The translations under genes and the position numbers were made by a program. Below, piece after piece: positions 18,353-29,723 of a stretch of 32,000 nt of DNA. The stretch is from the NCBI RefSeq assembly GCF_000009045.1, contig NC_000964.3, forward strand, positions 420,001 to 452,000. Reading direction: 5' to 3'. How positions within the stretch are numbered: the stretch's first letter is position 1; each line of letters starts with the position of its first letter. The notes under the pieces are model-generated. The model was not told the origin of the DNA, made no database searches, and worked only from the letters and a program-made list of their open reading frames with translations. Source of the stretch: Bacillus subtilis subsp. subtilis str. 168. GTDB lineage: Bacteria > Bacillota > Bacilli > Bacillales > Bacillaceae.

Positions 18353-18515
18353 CTCATGGCTTCCTTCTTTCTTGAACATTAGAAAACCCATTGGTTCACA
18401 GAAAACCAATGAGTAACAATGAAAAAATTTTACCAGATAAACAAAATAGAAGTCAATGGATTTTAACCGGGTAAATGAAAGGCCTGCCGGAAAATCCGAC
18501 AGGCCGAATAAGAGC

Positions 18516-19265
18516 TTATTTTTCAACTTTAAATCCTTGTTTTTCAAGCATTTCACGGATGTGCGGATAGTACAGGCGCTCATAGTAGGAAGCGATGCTC
18601 TGTGACCAGTTTCTTGTTTCTTTTCCGTTTGTCCGTTTATTCATGTATTCAGACATCTGTTCGTCGTATGCCTGAATGTGAGACGTCAGCTCATCCTGAT
18701 TCAAATAAGTTTCCTGATGATTGACAGCTTCCTGCGGCAAGCGCGGTTTTTTCGCTGAACGGTCGGCAGGATGCCCAATGACAAGGCCGGATAAAGGGAA
18801 CACGTATTTCGGAAGCTCAAGCAGTTCGATCAGCTCTTGAGGGTTTCCGCGAACTGCACCGATCGGAACTGTGCCAAGTCCGAGTGACTCAGCCGCTGCT
18901 GTTGCTGTGCCGAGGGCAATACCAGCGTCTACTGCGCCGACAAGAACAGATTCCAATCCATTTGTGATTTCCATTTTGAAATCATGCAGATCTTCAAGCG
19001 CAATTTTGGCCCGGTTAAAATCTGCGCAGAACAGCAGGAAAACAGGAGCTTGATCGATCCATGGCTGGCCGCCTGCCAGCTCGGAGATTTTCTTTTTGCG
19101 CTCTTTATCCTGGACTGTGATCACAGTCACTTGCTGTCCGTTGATAGAAGAAGGGGCTGATTGCACCGCTTCAATGATTTGGTCCAATTGCTCCTGAGCT
19201 ACAGGCTCATCTGTGTAGCTGCGAATCGAGCGGTGGTCTGTTAAAGATTTAATCACTTCATTCAT
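18516..19265 (-). CDS. ycnD: NADPH-dependent FMN oxidoreductase / nitroreductase (NfrA2-like)
   Basis: The track ORF runs to 19313; [22 protein letters not shown] gives 249 aa. Nitroreductase motif [12 protein letters not shown]. Confidence 0.92.
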
Positions 19266-19281
19266 ATGAGACACCCTTCCT

Positions 19282-19569
19282 TTACTCGCTAAGCTCTGTG
19301 CGGACAACATCAAGAGGAGCGCTCAGCAGTTCTTTTCCTTTTGCGACAAACCCTTGGAAATGCGCAGTTTCGTTATGGAATTTCATTGCCGCTTCATCTT
19401 TCCATTTTTCAAGCATGACAAATGTATTTTCTTCGCCTACTTTTTCGAATAGGTCGTATTGCGCGTTGCCTTCCTCAGCTCTTGAATGCTGAACAAGTGA
19501 TTGAGCCTCGCTCAAAAATTCCTCGCGTTTTTCTGGTTTTACTTTGATGTAAGCTTGTAATACGATCAT
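19282..19569 (-). CDS. ycnE: Putative antibiotic biosynthesis monooxygenase (ABM) domain protein
   Basis: 95 aa; MIVLQAYIKVKPEKREEFL...NAQYDLFEKV...FVMLEKWKDEAAMKFH; SD GGAGGAG upstream. Confidence 0.9.
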   Translation of the reverse strand: MIVLQAYIKVKPEKREEFLSEAQSLVQHSRAEEGNAQYDLFEKVGEENTFVMLEKWKDEAAMKFHNETAHFQGFVAKGKELLSAPLDVVRTELSE

Positions 19570-19708
19570 GTAAATCTCCTCCGTCGTTATGCGAATTTAT
19601 TGTTCGAATTTCATCGAACTAAATGTAACATGTATTCTAAATGAGGTAAAGGAAAAACCCTTATATAGTAAAATTGTCATTCTAATTGTTGTATGATACA
19701 TTTGTGTC

Positions 19709-20023
19709 ATGAACATTCCAAACCATCCAGAAACAGAAACATTGCAGCTGACAAAGGTTCTTCATGCACTTAGTGATCCGCTTCGTTTAGAGCTCGTCAA
19801 GCAATTAGCTGAAGCAAAAGAAAAAACGTGCAGCACCTGTGCAGATGTGCAGGTTGCCAAATCGACTTTGTCGCATCATTTTAAAGTTTTGAGAGAATCA
19901 GGCATCGCTCAAGTTCGGATAGAAGGAAAGCGCCGGTATTATTCGCTTCGCGCTGAAGACCTTGAAAAGGCATTTCCGGGACTGCTTGAAGCCGTGCTGA
20001 ATGTAGACCAGGACCGCTGGTGA
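19709..20023 (+). CDS. yczG: ArsR-family HTH transcriptional regulator
   Basis: 104 aa; [20 protein letters not shown] and [17 protein letters not shown] winged-helix signature. Confidence 0.92.
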
Positions 20024-20024
20024 A

Positions 20025-21524
<1,500 letters not shown>

Positions 21525-21570
21525 AAGAGAAGTCAGAATGATAAGAAAATACCGACAGGGGGATATTCAC

Positions 21571-22881
21571 ATGAGTCAAACAACAGCAAGCATCACAACT
21601 GCACAATGGCAGCAAAAACGGGATCAATTTGTGTCAAAAGGTGTGAGCAACGGCAACCGCAGTCTGGCGGTCAAAGGAGAAGGGGCCGAGCTGTACGATC
21701 TGGATGGCCGGAGATTTATTGATTTTGCAGGCGCCATCGGCACGTTAAATGTCGGACACTCGCATCCGAAGGTGGTTGAGGCTGTGAAGCGGCAGGCGGA
21801 GGAGCTGATTCATCCTGGTTTTAATGTCATGATGTACCCGACTTATATCGAATTAGCAGAAAAACTGTGCGGCATCGCGCCGGGCAGCCATGAGAAAAAA
21901 GCGATTTTTCTTAACTCAGGGGCAGAAGCGGTCGAAAACGCTGTGAAAATCGCCAGAAAGTATACAAAGCGCCAAGGCGTTGTCTCGTTTACACGCGGGT
22001 TTCACGGGCGCACGAATATGACGATGAGCATGACAAGCAAGGTAAAACCTTATAAATTCGGTTTCGGGCCTTTTGCGCCAGAGGTTTATCAAGCGCCGTT
22101 CCCTTATTATTATCAGAAGCCGGCCGGCATGAGTGATGAAAGCTATGACGATATGGTCATTCAAGCATTCAATGATTTCTTTATCGCTTCAGTGGCGCCT
22201 GAAACGGTGGCGTGTGTCGTGATGGAGCCAGTGCAGGGAGAAGGCGGATTTATTATTCCTTCGAAACGGTTCGTACAGCACGTCGCTTCATTCTGCAAAG
22301 AACACGGCATTGTTTTTGTTGCTGATGAAATCCAAACCGGCTTTGCCAGAACTGGCACTTATTTCGCAATTGAGCACTTTGATGTAGTGCCCGATCTGAT
22401 CACGGTTTCTAAATCGCTTGCGGCAGGCCTGCCATTAAGCGGTGTGATCGGGCGTGCGGAAATGCTTGATGCGGCAGCGCCAGGGGAGCTGGGCGGCACG
22501 TATGCCGGCAGCCCGCTCGGCTGCGCGGCGGCTTTGGCAGTCTTGGATATTATCGAAGAAGAAGGACTGAATGAGCGATCTGAAGAAATTGGCAAAATCA
22601 TTGAAGACAAGGCGTATGAGTGGAAACAAGAATTCCCGTTCATCGGTGACATCCGCAGACTCGGGGCGATGGCCGCAATCGAAATCGTCAAGGATCCTGA
22701 CACGCGTGAGCCTGATAAGACAAAAGCAGCAGCGATCGCGGCCTATGCGAATCAAAACGGATTACTTTTGCTGACAGCGGGAATTAACGGTAATATCATC
22801 CGCTTTTTGACACCGCTCGTCATCTCAGACAGCCTATTAAATGAAGGGCTCAGCATCTTGGAGGCGGGCCTGCGAGCTTAA
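21571..22881 (+). CDS. gabT: 4-aminobutyrate aminotransferase
   Basis: The track start 21538 is early. ATG 21571 after AGGGGGAT gives 436 aa. Class III aminotransferase motifs ([33 protein letters not shown]). Confidence 0.95.
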
Positions 22882-22949
22882 TCATTGGAAAGAAAATGGC
22901 CGGGTCTGCTATCATTTTAAGTAATCATGAAAAGAAAGGAATGTTCAAT

Positions 22950-24338
22950 ATGCCAGATCAATTAACGGTCTACAACCCGGCTACGGGCGAGGAGATCAAA
23001 ACGATTCCTCAGCAATCAGCCACAGAGGTAGAAGAAGCCATTGAACGTTCACATCAAGCGTTTAAAACGTGGTCTAAAACATCAGCGAACGAAAGAACGT
23101 CTCTTTTGAAAAAATGGTATGAGCTGATTGTTGAACATAAAGAAGAGCTTGCAGATTTAATTACAAAGGAAAACGGAAAACCATACCAGGAAGCAGTCGG
23201 CGAGGTACTTTACGGCGCAGGCTATATCGAATGGTTCGCAGAGGAAGCGAAGCGTGTGTACGGAAGAACGGTCCCGGCCCCGACAACTGGTAAACGAATT
23301 GTTGTCACACGCCAGCCGGTCGGCCCCGTTGCTGCTATCACGCCCTGGAATTTCCCGAATGCGATGATTACACGCAAAGCGGCGCCTGCTCTTGCCGCCG
23401 GCTGTACATTTATCATCAAGCCGGCGCCGGACACACCGCTGTCTGCTTATGAACTAGCGCGCCTCGCATATGAAGCGGGCATTCCGAAGGATGTTCTTCA
23501 GGTTGTGATCGGCGATGGAGAAGAAATCGGAAATGTGTTCACAAGCAGTCCGAAAATCCGCAAAATCACGTTCACAGGCTCAACACCTGTAGGGAAAATC
23601 CTTATGAAAAACAGCGCTGACACCGTAAAGCACGTCTCAATGGAGCTCGGCGGACACGCCCCGCTGATCGTAGATGAAGATGCGGACATTGACCTTGCCG
23701 TTGAACAGGCGATGGCGTCCAAATACCGAAACGCCGGCCAAACCTGCGTATGTGCCAACCGCCTGATCGTTCATGAATCCATTAAAGATGAATTTGCTGC
23801 GAAACTGAGCGAGCAAGTGTCTAAGCTGAAAGTCGGAAATGGACTTGAGGAAGGCGTCAATGTCGGCCCGATTATCAACAAACGAGGCTTCGAAAAAATC
23901 GTCAGCCAAATAGATGATGCGGTTGAAAAAGGCGCGAAAGTGATTGCTGGGGGCACATATGACCGAAACGATGACAAAGGGTGCTACTTTGTGAATCCGA
24001 CAGTGCTCACCGATGTCGATACGTCCATGAACATCATGCATGAGGAAACATTCGGCCCGGTCGCCCCGATCGTCACGTTTTCTGATATTGATGAAGCGAT
24101 TCAGCTTGCCAACGATACACCGTATGGCTTGGCTGCTTACTTCTTCACAGAAAACTACCGCCGCGGCATCTATATTTCCGAGAATCTAGAGTATGGCATT
24201 ATCGGCTGGAATGACGGCGGACCGTCAGCGGTTCAAGCGCCATTCGGCGGAATGAAAGAAAGCGGCATCGGCCGTGAAGGCGGTTCAGAAGGTATCGAGC
24301 CGTACCTTGAAACAAAATATTTGTCCATCGGTTTATAA
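22950..24338 (+). CDS. gabD: Succinate-semialdehyde dehydrogenase
   Basis: ATG 22950 gives 462 aa ([16 protein letters not shown]). ALDH motifs [33 protein letters not shown]. Confidence 0.95.
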
Positions 24339-24356
24339 AAGAATGCACGCTCCTGA

Positions 24357-24386
24357 GAGCTGCCGGATTTTCCGGCAGCTCTTTTT
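24357..24386 (+). terminator. Intrinsic terminator of gabTD
   Basis: GAGCTGCCGG atttt CCGGCAGCTC TTTTT. Confidence 0.9.
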
Positions 24387-24395
24387 GTGTTCCGG

Positions 24396-24425
24396 CGAAT
24401 AATCACAACAATTCCAGCCAAAATA
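24396..24425 (+). promoter_or_regulatory. Candidate sigma-G promoter for glcU-gdh
   Basis: GAATA (24397-24401), 17-bp spacer, CAAAATA (24419-24425), resembling forespore consensus GHATR-N17/18-CATWMTA. Glucose dehydrogenase is a known forespore gene. Confidence 0.65.
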
Positions 24426-24460
24426 ACAGCAAATACATTTTGAAAGAAGGTTCCCCAACA

Positions 24461-26129
<1,669 letters not shown>

Positions 26130-26133
26130 ACAT

Positions 26134-26168
26134 AAAAAGCGACCCAGACATGACATCTGGATCGCTTT
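26134..26168. terminator. Intrinsic terminator between convergent gdh and ycnI
   Basis: AAAGCGAcCCAGA catgaca TCTGGaTCGCTTT with flanking A- and T-rich tracts. Confidence 0.75.
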
Positions 26169-26173
26169 CTTTA

Positions 26174-26788
26174 TTAGGCACGCTTTTTCTTTACAAGTGC
26201 TGCTACAGATAAAATAATGGCAGCCGCAGACAGCACCATCGCTGTAATGTCTAGAGCTGAAGAACCTGAGTTTTCGGAATCGTCTTCTGTTTTCGTGGCG
26301 CCGTGCTCATCTGTCACTTGCTTTGCAGACGTGATGTTTGTAATGGAATGAGGTGTATCGGCATCCTCGTCACCTGTCCACTCAACAATGCTGCCGTCTT
26401 TGTAATATTGGTATGCGTCCCAAGCAGCTTCCTCCGCTTTGTCAGGGTTTTTGGCAACAAAGGTAAACTGCTGGAACTGGCCTTCCTGAATGCCTCCGTC
26501 AGTCGCCTCCCATGTCACGGATACTGATTTGTCATCATGTTTTTGAGTGGAAACCTTCCAGCCCGGAATTGGCTCATATTGCTGGAATTCAACATCCTTC
26601 GGCATTTTGAGGACAACCTTCGTTGTCGGCAGATTTTTCTCAGAAGGAACCTTCATTGTATACGTTTCCCAAGAGCCTGCAGCAGACTCAGCCGGTTTTA
26701 CAGAAACATGCGCGCTGGCAGGGGCCGTAAAGAATAAGAGGGAGCCGACAATAGCCGGACATAGTGTCAATGCGATTTTTTTCAACAA
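26174..26788 (-). CDS. ycnI: Copper-binding membrane-anchored protein (YcnI/DUF1775 family)
   Basis: The track start GTG 26797 abuts AAGGAG; TTG 26788 has better spacing and gives 204 aa. Signal peptide then HVSVKPAESAAGSWETYTMKVPSEK, C-terminal TM anchor. Confidence 0.9.
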   Translation of the reverse strand: MLKKIALTLCPAIVGSLLFFTAPASAHVSVKPAESAAGSWETYTMKVPSEKNLPTTKVVLKMPKDVEFQQYEPIPGWKVSTQKHDDKSVSVTWEATDGGIQEGQFQQFTFVAKNPDKAEEAAWDAYQYYKDGSIVEWTGDEDADTPHSITNITSAKQVTDEHGATKTEDDSENSGSSALDITAMVLSAAAIILSVAALVKKKRA

Positions 26789-26800
26789 CGTAAACACTCC

Positions 26801-28426
26801 TTAATTGGTCTTTGTAAACATGATATTGATTTCGTTAAAGTCGCCGGTCAGGCCGTGGACTTTGATCTTCCAGTTTCCTTTTTCATTAATCGACAGGTTT
26901 TGATCTTGGAAGACGCCTTTTGTTTTTTCTTTTAATGTAAAGGTGCTTTTGTTTTCGCTGCCTGACAGGCCTGTTTTATAAACGGTTAACGTGATTTGCT
27001 GGATGTTTTTCACGGGATCACCGTTATGGTCGGTGACCCGCAGCTCAAAAACATTTTTTCCAGGCTGGTTTGGGCTGATGCTGAGAGAAACGCTTTGTCC
27101 GTTCTCTATCGCTTTGGTTTGGTAGAACGGTTCCGGCGCTGGCTCAGGCGGGCTTGGCAGGCTTGTAAACACGGCCGCTGTGATCAATACAGCGATGCCG
27201 ATTGCCCACTCCGCTTTCAACGTTCGGCTGATTCCTGTGCGGCGCTGCTTTCTGGTAAGCAGAAAATGAATTGCGCCTAAGACCAGCATGAAAACAAACA
27301 GCCCGCTTTTCACTAAAAGAGCTTGTCCGTACGCTGTATGGAACAGTGAATCCATTGAACGAATGATGAAAAATCCATTGAGCAAGCCTGAAAACAAAAT
27401 GACGCCGACTGCAGTGAGCGCCCATGGGGAGAACCGTCTGACCGTCTCCCACGCGAGCGTTTTGTCAGGCTGCCTCCATTCTTTTGAGAGCAGCAAAACG
27501 AGTGCCGCTATTCCGCCGACCCAGATGGAAGCGGAAGTTAAATGAAGGAAATCCATCAAAATGCCGACCGTTTTTTCTTCAACGACAGCAGCATGCCCGG
27601 TAAACGCCTTGGCAAGCAGGAGACCGAAAAAGAAAATGAGCGGCGCTGTCCAATAGCCAAAGGATGAAAAGCGGTTTTTCCGTATCGCAGGGATGACAGA
27701 CAGTGCGAGCAGCACGAACAGCGCAGCCTGTATGATCCAAATGGAGCCGCCTGCTGTCTCAAACAGTGTTTCTCTGATGTAGCCCGGCTGGAATGCGCTG
27801 CCCCAGCCGCCGCCTGCGTTCGCTTTTGTCTGAATCGGAAGCTGAAGCAAAAGCGCCAGCCCCAATGCTGCGATCGAGCCGGTCAGGATACGTCTCGTCC
27901 GTTTGACGAGCTGTTCTGATTTCCCTTTATACCAGAAAAGATGGAAGAAAACCGTTCCGATAAACAGAGATAAGGCTGTATACAGAATCGCGCGATCTGC
28001 TGCTGTTCCCGGATTCAGCGCTGAATCGGCTGCTTTTTGGCTGCTGAATCCGCCATCCGCTTTCCCGATACTGAACGGAATGACGCCGGAAACAGGATGT
28101 CCATCCGCGGATACGGCATTCCATTCCGCTCTGTACACATCTTTAGGCAGATTCTTCTTCAGCTTCACTGTCATGATGTGATGATTATCTTTTTTGATTT
28201 CAGTCTTGTCCGTATCCACACGGTCGCCGTTTGAATTATAGACTTTAATGTAATGAAACCCTTCTTCAACCGGTTCATTAAATTCGATTTCCACCTGCGC
28301 AGGGGCGCTTTTTAATTCGCTGTTTTCCCCAGGTGAAGATTTGACAATATAGGCGTGAGCAAAGCTTGTTTTCGGCAGGAAAACAAGAAAAAGCAGAAGG
28401 ATGATCCACCATCTGTTTCGCTTCAT
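26801..28426 (-). CDS. ycnJ: Copper uptake protein, CopC-CopD fusion
   Basis: CopC-like domain after the signal peptide (HAYIVKSSPGENSELKSAPAQVEIEFNEPVE) followed by a CopD-type multi-TM region. The track start at 28429 adds one Met. Confidence 0.92.
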   Translation of the reverse strand: MKRNRWWIILLLFLVFLPKTSFAHAYIVKSSPGENSELKSAPAQVEIEFNEPVEEGFHYIKVYNSNGDRVDTDKTEIKKDNHHIMTVKLKKNLPKDVYRAEWNAVSADGHPVSGVIPFSIGKADGGFSSQKAADSALNPGTAADRAILYTALSLFIGTVFFHLFWYKGKSEQLVKRTRRILTGSIAALGLALLLQLPIQTKANAGGGWGSAFQPGYIRETLFETAGGSIWIIQAALFVLLALSVIPAIRKNRFSSFGYWTAPLIFFFGLLLAKAFTGHAAVVEEKTVGILMDFLHLTSASIWVGGIAALVLLLSKEWRQPDKTLAWETVRRFSPWALTAVGVILFSGLLNGFFIIRSMDSLFHTAYGQALLVKSGLFVFMLVLGAIHFLLTRKQRRTGISRTLKAEWAIGIAVLITAAVFTSLPSPPEPAPEPFYQTKAIENGQSVSLSISPNQPGKNVFELRVTDHNGDPVKNIQQITLTVYKTGLSGSENKSTFTLKEKTKGVFQDQNLSINEKGNWKIKVHGLTGDFNEINIMFTKTN

Positions 28427-28460
28427 CACTCAGACACCACCTTCCGCTGTATGTGTTGTG

Positions 28461-29033
28461 TTATTTCTTGGTGCAGGTGCAGCGTTTCTTTCGGTCTTGA
28501 AGCATGTCTTCCAGCGCTTGGTCGAAAGTGCAGACGGCTCCGCCGAATCCTTTTTGAAATCGTTCGGCATGGTCAAGTGTCGCAAACGGAATGGCCTGCG
28601 GCTGGCAGCAGTGCAGGTTTAATTCAGCATTTACGACGAAATAAGCCGAACCGGCACTGACGGTTGTCTGTAACAGAAAATCTCTGCAAATCAAGTGTGA
28701 AACCTCTTCCGTTTTATCCGCGTAACGCAAAAACGCGCAATGTGCGCAGCATAGCTGTTCAATGTCTTGGTTTACCGTAATCAGCTGAACCGAATGAGCT
28801 TGATTGACGGGCTTCAAGCAATAGCTGCACATATGATCTGTTTGAGGTGTTCGGACGGGGAGCGTGATGCCGCCGGCCGTTTTAATGACCTGATTTGACT
28901 GAACCAGCTGATTGACATCTCTATATACCGTCATTTCCGAAACGCCGAACCTTGCGCTGATGTCAGAAATTCTAAGCGAGCCTTCTTCTTTCAGCCACTT
29001 CAGTATGTGTTGCTGTCTATTAATCGGAAGCAT
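28461..29033 (-). CDS. ycnK: DeoR-type HTH, copper-responsive repressor with NosL-like C-terminal domain
   Basis: 190 aa; HTH INRQQHILKWLKEEGSLRISDISARFGVSEMTVYRDVNQL. Adjacent to ycnIJ. C-terminal Cys/Met-containing region. Confidence 0.92.
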   Translation of the reverse strand: MLPINRQQHILKWLKEEGSLRISDISARFGVSEMTVYRDVNQLVQSNQVIKTAGGITLPVRTPQTDHMCSYCLKPVNQAHSVQLITVNQDIEQLCCAHCAFLRYADKTEEVSHLICRDFLLQTTVSAGSAYFVVNAELNLHCCQPQAIPFATLDHAERFQKGFGGAVCTFDQALEDMLQDRKKRCTCTKK

Positions 29034-29156
29034 TCATACACCCTCTTCATTAAGATCTATTTAAGCGTAGAGGATTTTAGAGACGGAGACAAGTAAGTGG
29101 ATGATAAAAAATGTGAAAATGTGTTGAACAGCAACAAAACGAAACAGAAGGGACTC

Positions 29157-29165
29157 TGGTATAAT
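29157..29165 (+). promoter_or_regulatory. Extended -10 promoter element for ycnL
   Basis: TGGTATAAT shortly before the ycnL ATG (29198); no good -35 was seen. Confidence 0.55.
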
Positions 29166-29197
29166 AGACAGATGGAATAGAAAGTGAGGAATACCCT

Positions 29198-29551
29198 ATG
29201 AAAGAAACACCATGCCCGAACTGCGGCAAACCTTTGACAGGCGATATGGTCAGATCATCAAATGTGCCTTGTCAATTTCGCTGCGGCCACTGCCGGGAAC
29301 GGCTTTATGAATATAAAGTTTCAGCTCCGATTATGCTGGTATCATTAGCGGCCATCGTGCTGCTTATTTATCTTTTGATGCTCCTCCGCAATGCGGCAGG
29401 CTCAGTGCTGCCAGCTGTACAGCACGTGCCGATGGCTGTATTTGCGCTTGTGTGCGCGTATCCCGTTTTTATTGTGAGTGAGCGGATGATTGCAAAGTAC
29501 GTGATTCAAAATGGCAACATCATTTATAGAGGAAAGAGAAAAGGCTCCTGA
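29198..29551 (+). CDS. Small membrane protein with N-terminal CxxC zinc-ribbon-like motifs
   Basis: 117 aa; CPNCGKPLTG...CQFRCGHCRERLYEYKV then two predicted TM segments. The position beside ycnK suggests ycnL, but I am unsure of the symbol. Confidence 0.8.
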   Translation: MKETPCPNCGKPLTGDMVRSSNVPCQFRCGHCRERLYEYKVSAPIMLVSLAAIVLLIYLLMLLRNAAGSVLPAVQHVPMAVFALVCAYPVFIVSERMIAKYVIQNGNIIYRGKRKGS

Positions 29552-29567
29552 AACCAGGAGCCTTTTT
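29543..29567 (+). terminator. Intrinsic terminator overlapping the stop codon of the 117-aa ORF
   Basis: GGCTCCTG aaac CAGGAGCC TTTTT. Confidence 0.88.
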
Positions 29568-29579
29568 ATTTTTAAAAAA

Positions 29580-29599
29580 TTGTCACAGTCATGTGCCAA
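29580..29599 (+). promoter_or_regulatory. MtlR operator upstream of mtlAFD
   Basis: TTGTCACA-GTCA-TGTGCCAA, near-perfect dyad TTGnCACA-N4-TGTGnCAA just upstream of the mtlA promoter. Confidence 0.82.
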
Positions 29600-29617
29600 A
29601 GTCCTCTTTACTTTCAA

Positions 29618-29646
29618 TTGTATAGGGACTGTAAGCGTTTTAACAT
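29618..29646 (+). promoter_or_regulatory. mtlA promoter with overlapping CcpA cre-like site
   Basis: TTGTAT (29618-29623), 17-bp spacer, TAACAT (29641-29646). cre-like TGTAAGCGTTTTAA starts at 29630. Confidence 0.78.
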
Positions 29647-29723
29647 AGAGTCAAAGGGAAGCATCATTCTCTGAACATATTTTTGTATCTTACAGCGACA
29701 AACAAAACAGGGAGGGTTTATAT

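Noticed and set aside
16036-20023. ycnBCDE-yczG cluster considered as a biosynthetic gene cluster because of its ABM monooxygenase and exporter
   Set aside because: No scaffold-forming enzyme (PKS, NRPS, terpene synthase, RiPP precursor). More consistent with a quinone or xenobiotic detoxification and efflux set.
22359-22755. Overlapping minus-strand ORFs of 114 and 106 aa antisense to gabT
   Set aside because: Fully contained in gabT in the opposite strand; typical high-GC-wobble shadow ORFs.
26996-28234. Several plus-strand and minus-strand ORFs (65-102 aa) overlapping ycnJ
   Set aside because: All lie within the coherent 541-aa CopC-CopD fusion gene and share no recognisable family.
28355-28660. 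101-aa plus-strand ORF antisense to ycnK
   Set aside because: Antisense to the HTH repressor gene; no start signal or domain seen.
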